From: a virus
Lineage: Duplodnaviria; Heunggongvirae; Uroviricota; Caudoviricetes
Reading direction: 5' to 3' (one strand)
Virus record (IMG/VR): IMGVR_UViG_3300048587_000389
Span: 1 to 64,000 of that record
Length of the DNA: 64,000 bases
Position 1 is the first letter of the stretch. Each line of letters begins with the position of its first letter. Under the pieces are notes generated by a model. The model was not told the DNA's origin. It worked only from the letters and a program-made list of their open reading frames with translations, and searched no databases. Of this stretch, positions 1 through 9,787 are shown piece after piece. A program made the translations under genes and the position numbers.

Positions 1-19
1 ATAGCAAGGAGAATAGTGT

Positions 20-343
20 ATGATGCCGTGGCAGAAGAAAGAGAAAAAGGATTCACTAGACTTTGGCGCAAAACGAGCTCCAAGATCTGGAGGTGGGTGG
101 ACAAACAAAGGTGACATGAAGACTTTGGAATTCTCATTCGATTCTAAAGACACCAAACACAACAGCTTTAAGATTAGTCAAGAACTTTGGGACAAAATAA
201 CAGATGATGCATATAAGCATAAGCCAGTACGAACTCCGGCTTTATCAATACAACTAAAATCAGGTCTTGAGCTGGTTGTATTGACGAAGGCAGATTTCAT
301 GTATATGAAAGAGCTATTCGAAAGGTATTTAGACCTACAATAA
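20..343 (+). CDS. hypothetical protein
   Basis: 107-aa ORF, no recognisable motifs; window-edge gene. Confidence 0.4.
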   Translation: MMPWQKKEKKDSLDFGAKRAPRSGGGWTNKGDMKTLEFSFDSKDTKHNSFKISQELWDKITDDAYKHKPVRTPALSIQLKSGLELVVLTKADFMYMKELFERYLDLQ

Positions 344-360
344 AAGTGAAAGGAGACATT

Positions 361-579
361 ATGTCTGAAGCGCGGTACACATTGACAGGACACAAAGCTG
401 TCATGGACATGTATGACGTTAAGTTAAGCAAAACTCTACCAAACGTAGAAGTTGAACTTGCTAAACTAGCTAATGGACGATGGGCAGTCAAGGGAGTCAA
501 TCCCGAGACCGGCATGACCATGTTCAAGCTCGTCAGTAAAGCAAAAGCAGCTGAAATTAGTGGTGAAGTTACAATATAA
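361..579 (+). CDS. hypothetical small protein
   Basis: ORF with AAAGGAG RBS 8 nt upstream of ATG at 361 (track ORF 346 is in frame). Confidence 0.45.
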   Translation: MSEARYTLTGHKAVMDMYDVKLSKTLPNVEVELAKLANGRWAVKGVNPETGMTMFKLVSKAKAAEISGEVTI

Positions 580-581
580 CT

Positions 582-1046
582 ATGTCAGAGATGCACGCAA
601 GCACCACACAAGCTTTGCAATCTCTTGCATCACAAGGTATAACTGCACCCGGTGAGGTAAGCGAGATCACTGTCCCTTCAAATTATTCTGAGATTCCCGA
701 TCACGGGGAAGGAAACTTAGGTGATTTGATGGGGCAGCTCGCTAGTTTTCTTAGCTATCTTGAACATCAGTATTCTATTAGAGAATCAGAATATGATCTT
801 TGGTCGAATCAACTAGAGTTTGAGCGCAAGAGAGTCTTACTTACTCTTGAAAATGAGCGCAAAGATCTCATGGAGGCTAAGGTAGAAAGTGCAGTGGCTG
901 GTCTCAAAACAGTTGTTATGACCAAGTACACAGAGATGAAGCTCCTCAAAGCTATACTTGAGGGTAAGAAACGTATAGCCGAGAGCTTATCTCGAGAATT
1001 ATCACGAAGAAACTTAGTATTCCAGATGTCAAGAGGAGGGTTGTAA
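582..1046 (+). CDS. hypothetical protein (coiled-coil)
   Basis: 154-aa ORF, stop overlaps next start (ATGTTG). Confidence 0.45.
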   Translation: MSEMHASTTQALQSLASQGITAPGEVSEITVPSNYSEIPDHGEGNLGDLMGQLASFLSYLEHQYSIRESEYDLWSNQLEFERKRVLLTLENERKDLMEAKVESAVAGLKTVVMTKYTEMKLLKAILEGKKRIAESLSRELSRRNLVFQMSRGGL

Positions 1047-2278
1047 TGTTGTCAGATTATTTTGAACGATTTGATCCAGACGTTGCTCGTATAATGGGTG
1101 ATGAAGAACAAAGACAAAAAGAAACTATCGAATTGATAGCATCAGAAAACTTTGCATCTCAACAGGTGATGCTGGCACAAGGAAGTATCTTCACAAACAA
1201 ATATGCGGAAGGATATCCGGGAAAGAGATACTATGGCGGTTGTGTTAACATGGATAGCGCAGAGTCTCTTGCTATTTCGCGTGCTTGCCAGCTGTTTGGC
1301 TGCTCGTTCGCTAATGTACAACCTCATTCTGGCTGTCAAGCCAATATGGCTGTGTATTTTGCTTTGCTTGAGCCTGGTGATACTATTCTCTCTATGGAGC
1401 TTGCTCATGGGGGACATCTATCACACGGTTCTAAAGTCAGCTTTTCTGGTAAGATGTACAATTTTGTGCACTATCCGCTAAATCCAGAAACAGAGGTAAT
1501 TGATTATGATGTGGTTGAAAAACTTGCTCAAGAGCACAAACCAAAACTCATATTATGCGGAGCATCTGCATATCCTCGCTTCATTGACTTCGTTCGTATT
1601 AGCAACATTGCCAAAAGTGTTGGAGCTATTAGCATGGCTGATATTGCTCACATTGCTGGTCTTATTGCGGCTGGACTACATCCAGATCCCTTCCCACATA
1701 TTGACGTGGTAACAAGCACTACACACAAGACATTGAGAGGCCCACGAGGAGGACTCATTCTCACGAATAATGAGGAATACATTAAGAAGATCAACAAAAC
1801 AATCTTTCCAGGCATTCAAGGCGGTCCACTCATGCATGTAATTCTTGCAAAGGCAGTAGCTTTTGGAGAAGCTTTGAAACCAGAGTTCTTAGTCTATCAA
1901 AGAAACGTCATTAAGAATACTCAAGCTCTCTGTGAGAGTCTTCAAAAGAATGGATGGAGAGTCGTATCAGGCGGAACAGACAATCATCTGCTTCTTGTTG
2001 ATCTACGATCTCATGCAGTTGAAGGTAAATGGGCACAAGATAGATTAGATGAGAGTAACATTACAGCTAACAAGAACGCTATTCCTTATGATCCTGCATC
2101 ACCAGCAAATCCAAGTGGTATGCGATTCGGTGCAGCAGCAATGACTACACGAGGCTTCGATCAAGAAGCATTCTCTAAAGTTGGTGATCTCATTACCCAG
2201 TCTCTTCTTAAATTACGTAGCACTTATGATGTCAGACAAGATGTTCGTAAGCTTCTCATTGAAAAAGCTCTTTTTTAG
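1046..2278 (+). CDS. glyA: serine hydroxymethyltransferase
   Basis: 410 aa; SHMT hallmark stretches [27 protein letters not shown] (PLP-Lys region). Confidence 0.9.
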   Translation: MLSDYFERFDPDVARIMGDEEQRQKETIELIASENFASQQVMLAQGSIFTNKYAEGYPGKRYYGGCVNMDSAESLAISRACQLFGCSFANVQPHSGCQANMAVYFALLEPGDTILSMELAHGGHLSHGSKVSFSGKMYNFVHYPLNPETEVIDYDVVEKLAQEHKPKLILCGASAYPRFIDFVRISNIAKSVGAISMADIAHIAGLIAAGLHPDPFPHIDVVTSTTHKTLRGPRGGLILTNNEEYIKKINKTIFPGIQGGPLMHVILAKAVAFGEALKPEFLVYQRNVIKNTQALCESLQKNGWRVVSGGTDNHLLLVDLRSHAVEGKWAQDRLDESNITANKNAIPYDPASPANPSGMRFGAAAMTTRGFDQEAFSKVGDLITQSLLKLRSTYDVRQDVRKLLIEKALF

Positions 2279-2317
2279 TGATTTACTTTTGAATACAAAC
2301 TGAATATAATAAGTATA

Positions 2318-3964
2318 TTGCTGGAGGACAATATGCGCAACAAAAAAGTTATTGCTATTGACGTCAACACAGGTGTAAAAGAAACCATAGACGACAGTAT
2401 CAAAGCAAAACAACGATCTCAATCTAAAGAACAAAAAGATACTTTGATGCATATTCTGAAATATGCGCAGCAAAAGAATCTTCCTGTTCGAAGAGAAGGA
2501 GAAGACGGAGCTTTTGCAGAGAACATGGTCATCGTTGGCAGATTTGCATTGGGTACAAAGAAAGACGTAGAATATCTTTTTGCAATCCTCAAGACTACAC
2601 TCCATATAGAGAGAATGCGCCAATATAGAATCTTAGCTCTTGCTTTGGCTTCAATGAATCCGATTATAGAAGTTAAAGACTTGTTTAGAAGAGCATTTCA
2701 ATCACTTATTGTAACTGAAGAAGATCTTTGTGAGTTCACAACTGTCATTAAGTCGAACAACTTACGCGGATATGGCAAAGTAATTCAAAAAGCTACAACA
2801 GCAAAGCTCAAGACACTTCCTATAGATCAGTATCTATTTGCAGCTCAGCGGACAAGAGTTCAAGATCATGATATGAGCTCAAGAGATCAGAGAACTGACT
2901 CATTCAAATTGAGTGATGTCATCAAACTTGCTCATGTCAAACCAGAAACAGATCAAGAGAAAGCGTTGTTCAAAGCACTCATTAAGGGTGACATGACAGA
3001 TGCTAATCTCCCTCCTCAATACACACGATACATTGAATACACATTAGCACAAGATGAGCGCAAAGCACAGATACTCGAAGAGATCCCGTTCTCTGTTGAT
3101 CTTGTCATGGCAAACAGACCAGGCAAGAGAGCAGCAAAATGGGCTTGTCTCCATTCAAATGTTTTAGAGATTGTGCGATACTTCAAGATGTTCTATGATT
3201 TTGAGCTCATGACTCATGATGCAGAGTGTATTAGACATGTATGTCAAACATTGAGTGATGAAAACAAGGTCTTAGAAGCTAAGCTCATTCCAACAACATA
3301 TCTCTCTTTAACTGATTCATTTCCATATTGTAAGAATCAGATTTTAGCTGCATTGTATGGCGCAGGAGAAATATCTTACGCTAACATGCTTCCTATAGAT
3401 GGCAAGTTCTTGATGTTTGTCAATCAAAGCATTCCAATGGAGCATACAATTGGAGTAAGCATGACAAGACAAGTGAGCCTTAAGTTGCTTGCAAATACAA
3501 TGTGTTCAATTTTGTATAAAAAAGCATCAGATGCTGAAATAATCCCATACACTCGTAAGGTAGAATCCATAAGCTTAGACAAATCAATGTCAACAGTGGC
3601 CATCTCAGATCTTCTTACACAAGGATATAGGGGCGCAAGCGTAGATAATCTTGCTCCATTTAAGTATTTGAATGAGCACAGACCACAAGCAAAGCATATC
3701 TTGTTCATTAATGCTGATAGAGCATGGCCAAACTTCTTATTAGAAACAGAGGCTGGATTATTGCTCTCACAGTATCTATCTTCTCTTGATTATGCACCAA
3801 CGCTATACTTTATCAACATGGCAAATGGAAGTGCACCAAGAGCGAATAGCTTGCAGAACTCTTTCTTTGTACCGCAATACAGCAAAGATTTGATGCCACA
3901 CATACTTCAACATGTGTCAAATCACACAGAATACTCTGAAGAACTTGATACAATAGTCTTTTAG
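2318..3964 (+). CDS. hypothetical 548-aa protein
   Basis: long uninterrupted ORF, no motif I can assign; immediately followed by tRNA-Gly. Confidence 0.6.
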   Translation: MLEDNMRNKKVIAIDVNTGVKETIDDSIKAKQRSQSKEQKDTLMHILKYAQQKNLPVRREGEDGAFAENMVIVGRFALGTKKDVEYLFAILKTTLHIERMRQYRILALALASMNPIIEVKDLFRRAFQSLIVTEEDLCEFTTVIKSNNLRGYGKVIQKATTAKLKTLPIDQYLFAAQRTRVQDHDMSSRDQRTDSFKLSDVIKLAHVKPETDQEKALFKALIKGDMTDANLPPQYTRYIEYTLAQDERKAQILEEIPFSVDLVMANRPGKRAAKWACLHSNVLEIVRYFKMFYDFELMTHDAECIRHVCQTLSDENKVLEAKLIPTTYLSLTDSFPYCKNQILAALYGAGEISYANMLPIDGKFLMFVNQSIPMEHTIGVSMTRQVSLKLLANTMCSILYKKASDAEIIPYTRKVESISLDKSMSTVAISDLLTQGYRGASVDNLAPFKYLNEHRPQAKHILFINADRAWPNFLLETEAGLLLSQYLSSLDYAPTLYFINMANGSAPRANSLQNSFFVPQYSKDLMPHILQHVSNHTEYSEELDTIVF

Positions 3965-3966
3965 TT

Positions 3967-4041
3967 GGGGATATAGCTCAGTTGGTCAAGAGCGGAACAT
4001 TGCCAATGTTCAGGTCGAGAGTTCGAATCTCTTTATCCCCT
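3967..4041 (+). tRNA. tRNA-Gly (anticodon GCC)
   Basis: cloverleaf folded by hand: acceptor GGGGATA/TATCCCC, anticodon loop TTGCCAA, T-arm GAGAGTTCGAATCTCTT. Confidence 0.8.
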
Positions 4042-4049
4042 CATAATTC

Positions 4050-4081
4050 GTATTTACAATTCTGTGAATACTTGTTATAAT
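4050..4081 (+). promoter_or_regulatory. sigma70-like promoter (TATTTACAA -35, 17-nt spacer, TATAAT)
   Basis: TTTACA at 4053-4058, TATAAT at 4076-4081; member of recurring cCTATTTACAA family. Confidence 0.5.
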
Positions 4082-4262
4082 ATACACAGACAAACAGAAT
4101 AATATCAGAAAACGGCATATCATGCAGTTTGTTGAGAAAACTCTGTGACCGTAACATAGTTCGTGTCCGACATATCAAGGTACTATGCGGGAAAAAGTGT
4201 AAGCCCTTAAAAGCTGACATGGTAACCCTAAAAGTAGAGACGAGAAACAGGAAGTATTATCT

Positions 4263-4370
4263 ATGATTACAGTCCGTCTACTTATCGGTTCAATTGTTTT
4301 TCTTATAGTCGTCTTGGCATTTGTCTGGATGTTTATAGGAGAGCAAAGAATGGATAAGAAAAAACCTTAA
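4263..4370 (+). CDS. small hydrophobic peptide (35 aa, single TM)
   Basis: AGGAAG RBS 9 nt upstream; sequence MITVRLLIGSIVFLIVVLAFVWMFIGEQRMDKKKP. Confidence 0.35.
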   Translation: MITVRLLIGSIVFLIVVLAFVWMFIGEQRMDKKKP

Positions 4371-4730
4371 GGGTCTGTATTGATTCGACAGGAACTGATC
4401 TTTAACATCTGCATGTGAGTTTGAATATACTCTAAAAGATTCAAAACTTTAAATGTCATTCAAAATGTCATTGCTTACGTAAACACTAAGCTATCTCAAG
4501 CAAAGAACTTCGTTGCAAGTTTGTTTGAGGTATCAACCCCAGCAACTATTGCCTTCGCTTAAGCAAGAAAAACATCTAAGCAAACTTCAACTGTAGAAGT
4601 AAAATAGCAGTGGTGGAGGGAGCCAACAGCATCCCCAATTAAACATGTAGACGATGTTATTTACTTTCACTGGACAGGGGGTCATTCCCCCTCAGATCCA
4701 CAATGATCACCTACTTTCAGTAGGGTTCAT

Positions 4731-4803
4731 GGGCCTTTAGTATAATGGTCAATTACGGTTGCTTTGCAAGCATCGAATAGGAGTTCGATTCTCCTAAGGT
4801 CCA
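4731..4803 (+). tRNA. tRNA-Ala (anticodon UGC)
   Basis: acceptor GGGCCTT/AAGGTCC (one GU), loop TTTGCAA, T-arm AGGAGTTCGATTCTCCT. Confidence 0.6.
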
Positions 4804-4965
4804 CAGTCAGCGGAAAACATAAAACAGCAGGACCGCATCCTAGTCTCTTGGTAGCTTGCTACCGTCCGTTATATAGGAGACAAAACAGCAGAAGCTTACA
4901 ACCCTGAAAAGTCGTTGCTTCAGTCAAAAGGAGTTTCTTAATGGTTCTCCCTCCGCTGCTCGGAT

Positions 4966-5039
4966 GAGGGCATAGTGTCAACGGTTAAGCACGACAGTCT
5001 CCAAAACTGTTTGTCTTGGTTCGAATCCAAGTGTCCTCG
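4966..5039 (+). tRNA. tRNA-Trp (anticodon CCA)
   Basis: acceptor GAGGGCA/TGTCCTC, anticodon stem ACAGT/ACTGT, loop CTCCAAA, T-arm CTTGGTTCGAATCCAAG. Confidence 0.75.
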
Positions 5040-5280
5040 CAGAATCGGTGTGGCTGAACAAACTGCTACGCATGGTTAAAGCATTCCGGAAGCTTCGAGA
5101 GAAGTAGTTGGACGGCAATAATAATCAAAATGTCGCCTGACTTTCGCAAGAATGAAGGAAGTTGTGAGTCCAATTATTTGCAATATAATAATGCGGAGGA
5201 TTCAATACTTGGAGAGTTAAAGCAATAAGGAGGGAGAGAAGTCTTCTGAGTTATTGAGTCTCTCCCACCATTCTAAACTT

Positions 5281-5353
5281 TGTGGGGTAGTGTAATGGTT
5301 ACGCACAGAGGTCTCATAATCCTCTAGAAACAGTTCGAATCTGTTCCCCGCAA
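5281..5353 (+). tRNA. tRNA with CAU anticodon (Met or Ile2), atypical 9-nt anticodon loop
   Basis: acceptor TGTGGGG/CCCCGCA, T-arm AACAGTTCGAATCTGTT; best stem AGAGG/CCTCT leaves loop TCTCATAAT. Confidence 0.5.
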
Positions 5354-5366
5354 CAATACATGTCTT

Positions 5367-5400
5367 CCCTATTTACAATTTCCCCGAATAATGATATGAT
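5367..5400 (+). promoter_or_regulatory. sigma70-like promoter of family cCTATTTACAA
   Basis: CCCTATTTACAA then 16 nt then TATGAT, just upstream of secreted-protein gene. Confidence 0.5.
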
Positions 5401-5434
5401 GAAAACTATTATAAAGCATAGGAGGCTTTTTCGT

Positions 5435-6451
5435 ATGAAGAAACTACTAGTATGCGGAGCGCTACTTACAATCGCTCTAGTTGGAGGACTATTCCTCAAA
5501 CCGCCATTAGGCATCGTACGAGCTACGACCGGCTATAATGTGAGCATAAATGAGAGTATCTCTTGTTTAGAATCACAAAACCAGTCGAAAACTATTTCAG
5601 GTACTGCTTCGTACAATGGAGATTCAAGCACACGCTTAATAGTGTACTTCAATCCACCAGGTCCAGACAATACACAAACTGTAGTCAATAGTCAAAGTGA
5701 ACCAAGCACATGGGATTTCACACGTCCGTTTGCATCAACAGGTTCATATACTATTACTGCACGTTTGTATAGTAGCTCATTCCCTGACATTGAAGGACAA
5801 AGTCAGGATACACCGGTTGCGCAAGATGTATGGACATTCACTCCATCTCTTTGTCCCACTCCGACTCCATCACCGAGTCCTAGTCCGACACCAACCCCTA
5901 CTCCAAGTCCAAGCCCAACGGCTACTCCGAGTCCAAGTCCTACACCGACACCGACTCCTAGCCCAACGCCTGAACCAACAGTAGAACCGAGTCCAACACC
6001 GACTCCAAGTCCTTCACCATCACCAACTCCTGAGCCAACAGTGGAGCCAACTGCAACACCAAGCCCTACACCGGCTCCATGTACGCAGAATTGCGGTGAT
6101 CCAAACCCACATGTACCAGCACCTCAAATGCCGGTAGCACCACAATGTGGATTGACTCCACCAGTCAAGATTGGAGCAAACTTCCATATCTTGCGCAAAG
6201 GTGGAACAGCAATAGCTAAATGGCATCCAACTGAGGGTGACAAAGCTCATATCTACTACAAGCAGAATAACTCGCCATCATGGCAGTATTCACTTGCAGA
6301 TATAGATAATGACGGCTATGCAGTTATTGACCACCTTGGAAACAAGGACATCACATTTGCTCTTCAACAAGCAAACGGATGTGCAGGTGGACCACTTACT
6401 CTACCTTTGGTAGACGGTCCAACAGCTGGCTGGACAATGTTCAGATATTAA
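5435..6451 (+). CDS. secreted protein with signal peptide and long Pro/Thr/Ser linker
   Basis: GGAGG RBS; N-term [17 protein letters not shown] signal-like; about 75-aa PTPSPSP linker; Cys-containing C-terminal domain. Confidence 0.6.
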   Translation: MKKLLVCGALLTIALVGGLFLKPPLGIVRATTGYNVSINESISCLESQNQSKTISGTASYNGDSSTRLIVYFNPPGPDNTQTVVNSQSEPSTWDFTRPFASTGSYTITARLYSSSFPDIEGQSQDTPVAQDVWTFTPSLCPTPTPSPSPSPTPTPTPSPSPTATPSPSPTPTPTPSPTPEPTVEPSPTPTPSPSPSPTPEPTVEPTATPSPTPAPCTQNCGDPNPHVPAPQMPVAPQCGLTPPVKIGANFHILRKGGTAIAKWHPTEGDKAHIYYKQNNSPSWQYSLADIDNDGYAVIDHLGNKDITFALQQANGCAGGPLTLPLVDGPTAGWTMFRY

Positions 6452-6480
6452 GCTGAATATTAGCTGAATAATGTTTAGGA

Positions 6481-6515
6481 AGGCCCTCGAAAGAGGGCTT
6501 TCTTATTTCTTTTTC
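6481..6515 (+). terminator. rho-independent terminator
   Basis: AGGCCCTCGAAAGAGGGCTT hairpin followed by T-rich run. Confidence 0.7.
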
Positions 6516-6569
6516 TCCTAAAACGTGTTATAATAAATCTTACAAATACTTCACATATTTGAAAAACTA

Positions 6570-6644
6570 CGGGATGTAGTTCAGATGGTCAAGAACGCGT
6601 GATTTGGGATCACGAGGTCGCAGGTTCGAGCCCTGTCATCCCGA
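6570..6644 (+). tRNA. tRNA-Pro (anticodon UGG)
   Basis: acceptor CGGGATG/CATCCCG, anticodon stem CGTGA/TCACG, loop TTTGGGA, T-arm GCAGGTTCGAGCCCTGT. Confidence 0.8.
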
Positions 6645-6833
6645 CTCTGGTGAGTTCATGTAATAAAGCTTTGTCAAGGGCTTAACATGGCGGTACCGCA
6701 CTGAGTGTGCATAGGGCCGGCTTCAGTACTTATACATGACTCTACTTGACGACTGATTAGGAGTAACAGTCCAGCTTGATCACTGGATTAAGAGAATCTC
6801 CTCTCACCAGACTAAGAATACAAGGAGCGAACA

Positions 6834-7214
6834 ATGACTTATATAACTATCTTATGGACAGAAGATGAGCCTAAATTTGACATCAGAGAACATGAGCAAC
6901 TAAAGAATGCGGTTCTCTATCTTATACAACATGGCGCTCAATATACAAATCAAAAGATAGTTACCGAAGTTGATTGGTTACCTGGAGACAACGCACAACC
7001 TAAAGCAGCACCTGCTCAAGTTACAACTGCTGCAAAAGAAGAAGATCCAGGTCCACCCCCAGGCACAGTCATGGCGGGTGTTGATCAACCTCAAGTCATG
7101 GACCCTACAGGAATGACATCAGGCGGGTATAGACCACCACGTCCTGGACAGAAGTCAATCTTCGAAGGAGTCCTTCCCCCTCACGTTCTGGGCATTGTTC
7201 AAAACGACGATTAG
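6834..7214 (+). CDS. hypothetical protein (Pro-rich C-terminus)
   Basis: 126-aa ORF with AAGGAG RBS. Confidence 0.5.
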   Translation: MTYITILWTEDEPKFDIREHEQLKNAVLYLIQHGAQYTNQKIVTEVDWLPGDNAQPKAAPAQVTTAAKEEDPGPPPGTVMAGVDQPQVMDPTGMTSGGYRPPRPGQKSIFEGVLPPHVLGIVQNDD

Positions 7215-7260
7215 TCGCTTGTTCAGTGCCCTTTTTACTAAATAAATTGATGACCATGCT

Positions 7261-7668
7261 ATGCAAAATACAGAGCTTGTTGTTGCCGACCTCTATGAGG
7301 CTGCATTTCTGCTCACAAAAGGAGCGAAATTCGGTAGGGTGTTGACAGCATTTAGAAATGCGCACCACAAAGTCTTTGCCACATTTTCTTTGACCGATGT
7401 CTCACCAGACATGATTAAAGAGATGCATGACAAGAATGCGACAGTTCATTTTGCAAAATTCAAGTATCATCGACAAAGAGTAAAAGAGAAAGTACAAAAG
7501 TACATGGAAGAGAACGGGTTTGGTGATATAGACTCGAAAACAATTTACAAAACACATAGGGAGGTACGTAAAGTTTATAAAGAGCTCATGAAGAGTGCAT
7601 ACAACGGACCGAAGCGAATCATCCCACAAGAAGGAGAAGAATATGATGATCCAGCAGTTTTTGTTTGA
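7261..7668 (+). CDS. hypothetical protein
   Basis: 135-aa ORF. Confidence 0.45.
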   Translation: MQNTELVVADLYEAAFLLTKGAKFGRVLTAFRNAHHKVFATFSLTDVSPDMIKEMHDKNATVHFAKFKYHRQRVKEKVQKYMEENGFGDIDSKTIYKTHREVRKVYKELMKSAYNGPKRIIPQEGEEYDDPAVFV

Positions 7669-8278
7669 TCAAGAAGTTTTTGAAGAAGCGTATATACGAG
7701 CTCAGAAACAAGTCGAAATAGCAGAAATAACAAATAGAAAAGATAGAAGAAGCAAAGAGCAGAAAATAGAAGATGCGCACTGCGGAAACATTTCAGAGAT
7801 AATGTTTAACAGATTCTGTCTAGAGAATCTCAAAACTCCATTCACATGGACAGGACGAAATATAGAAGATGATGAAATGCTATTCGCAACAAGCGATTTC
7901 ATTCTCCATCAATTCAACGGTAATTTGAAGATCAACATCAAATCATCACTCTTTAATGACAACCCGGTGTATGGTCCAATCGTTACCACAGAGAGATTCA
8001 ATCTTCCGTGTTCTTTGGCTGTCAAGCTAGAGTCTGACCTTTACATCTACTCGTTAGTAGACATGGAGAACAGAAAAATCTATTGGATGTCAATGATTAG
8101 CGGTAAGAAATTGCGCATGATCAGAGACAGTCAGCAACATGATACTCCGTGCCAATATGACGGCGTGCAACAGCCTTATCCATTCGGTAGACCGGGAACA
8201 TACATTCTCATAGATCCAAAGCATGCGGATTGTAACGATCAATTGCGCGAATTCTTGACTAATACTCGTGTGTCCTAA
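7643..8278 (+). CDS. hypothetical protein
   Basis: GAAGGAGAAG RBS before ATG 7643 (in frame with track ORF 7595). Confidence 0.5.
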   Translation: MMIQQFLFDQEVFEEAYIRAQKQVEIAEITNRKDRRSKEQKIEDAHCGNISEIMFNRFCLENLKTPFTWTGRNIEDDEMLFATSDFILHQFNGNLKINIKSSLFNDNPVYGPIVTTERFNLPCSLAVKLESDLYIYSLVDMENRKIYWMSMISGKKLRMIRDSQQHDTPCQYDGVQQPYPFGRPGTYILIDPKHADCNDQLREFLTNTRVS

Positions 8279-8339
8279 CTTTTCACAGTTTGTGTGTTAT
8301 TGTTTTTTACAATAGACATACTACCAACAAAGGAGATTC

Positions 8340-8819
8340 ATGTACTCATTAGAAGCTGTACGACCCATAGTCGTAGAACAAAATGCAAAGCGCAAGCACT
8401 GGGATACTCAAGACTCGTCATTCGTAGGGAACTATTTAAGGGAAGAATTTCATGAACTAGAGCAGGCTTTCTGGCCTGATCAATTAGATAGATGGGAAAT
8501 TGCAAGTGAGATTGGTGACATCGGTTATTTAATGATTCGTTATCAGGAGCAGATGAAAAAAGAGGGCATTGAAGAGATGCCGGCGGATCTCTTTTTCTTT
8601 TGGCGTCTTGCTCAAAATGTTTCACAATGCATGGATATAAACTTTGGTGACGCTATCTTCATGAAGGCAGTTCGTAATGATCTTAAATATCCGTTTGCAG
8701 TAACAAGCGGATTCGAATCGTATGAAGAAGGAAGAGCAGTAAGCAAAAATATGTGGGCGCAAATGGGAGGAGATAAAGCATTCTACAAGTGGTATGAATC
8801 GGCCTTTGGCAAAATATAG
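8340..8819 (+). CDS. putative MazG-like nucleoside triphosphate pyrophosphohydrolase
   Basis: REEFHELEQA (EExxE) and EIGDIGYLM motifs resembling all-alpha NTP-PPase. Confidence 0.4.
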   Translation: MYSLEAVRPIVVEQNAKRKHWDTQDSSFVGNYLREEFHELEQAFWPDQLDRWEIASEIGDIGYLMIRYQEQMKKEGIEEMPADLFFFWRLAQNVSQCMDINFGDAIFMKAVRNDLKYPFAVTSGFESYEEGRAVSKNMWAQMGGDKAFYKWYESAFGKI

Positions 8820-8828
8820 GAGAATGCC

Positions 8829-9272
8829 ATGGACCGTGAAACATTAAGAAAGCTTGAAACACTAGGAGGATATGCGGCTGTCACTTGGCTGCTATCTATC
8901 ATAGCAACAGGAGCTTTCTCAGATACAGTACGAGAAGCGATACTTAAAAGAGATAGATATAGAAGTGTAGAATCAGGTGCACGACAGCATCTTGAAGCTG
9001 CCCACATAGATCACAACAAAAAGAATCCGAACTACGATACTGTAGAAAACGGTGTAACTCTTACAAGAAGAGAACACTACAAAGATCACGTTAAAAGAGC
9101 TGGAGAGAATGGATTACATAGAGGCCACAACGAATGGGCTCTTAGATCTATTTGGAACAGATTAAGTGATCACGACAAAGCAATACTGCGTGAAGAAGGA
9201 TATACGGCACCACCAGGTGTTGAAGAAGAACACGATCAACTAAGTCTATTTGATACGGTTAGTACCCGTTAG
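8829..9272 (+). CDS. HNH endonuclease
   Basis: AAHIDHNKKNP ... LTRREHYKDH resembles HNH motif (HHIDxN ... CxxCHxxKH). Confidence 0.55.
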   Translation: MDRETLRKLETLGGYAAVTWLLSIIATGAFSDTVREAILKRDRYRSVESGARQHLEAAHIDHNKKNPNYDTVENGVTLTRREHYKDHVKRAGENGLHRGHNEWALRSIWNRLSDHDKAILREEGYTAPPGVEEEHDQLSLFDTVSTR

Positions 9273-9336
9273 ACATATTTCAAAAATGTTGAAAGCGTGA
9301 TAGAATATATCTATATCAGGAATCTAAAAGGAGCTT

Positions 9337-9723
9337 ATGAAAATACTTTTGTATGGCGTAGGAAACGAAACCAAACAATATCAGGAAAACGGCAAAGAAA
9401 CTCACGAATTTTTCACATCCGCAAAAGCAATGGGTAAAAATGTTGCAGAATGTGATATGATTATAGTTACGGAGCGCCAGGGGTGGGATTACTTTGATAC
9501 ATTAGTCAACGGATTAGAAGATTTCGAAGATCAATGTATTAAGCATGGTGTAGACTATCGTCCAATTGTATTGTTCGTCTCAGAGTCACTAGATAAACAT
9601 CTAAGGACACTTCGACAACTCTATAATGGATATACCTTCTACTCTTCAGCAGAGACAGCTGGTCTCGGAGATGTACTCAATCACTATGAATTTGAGTATG
9701 ACGTCTCTTTTCTGAAAATCTAA
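9337..9723 (+). CDS. hypothetical protein
   Basis: 128-aa ORF, AAAGGAG RBS. Confidence 0.5.
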   Translation: MKILLYGVGNETKQYQENGKETHEFFTSAKAMGKNVAECDMIIVTERQGWDYFDTLVNGLEDFEDQCIKHGVDYRPIVLFVSESLDKHLRTLRQLYNGYTFYSSAETAGLGDVLNHYEFEYDVSFLKI

Positions 9724-9787
9724 AAATCAGTTATTCAAACTACGGCTGCCAGTAAGACTGGCTTTCGTAGTCTCTAAGGACATTATT

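Noticed and set aside
2318-3964. Considered Ro60/TROVE (Rsr) homologue because the gene is adjacent to tRNA-like and non-coding RNA sequences (Y-RNA scenario)
   Set aside because: No recognisable TROVE or vWA MIDAS (DxSxS) motifs in the translated sequence; left as hypothetical
4371-4470. Sequence beginning GGGTCTGTATTGATTCGACAGGAAC resembling the 5' half of tRNA-Lys(CUU)
   Set aside because: No matching 3' half, T-arm or acceptor complement found within 400 nt; possibly a tRNA fragment but not callable
5697-6250. ORFs 5697..5984 (+) and 6020..6250 (-) rich in His/Leu/Arg or Trp/Cys
   Set aside because: Alternative frames of the repetitive Pro/Thr/Ser linker-coding DNA; spurious
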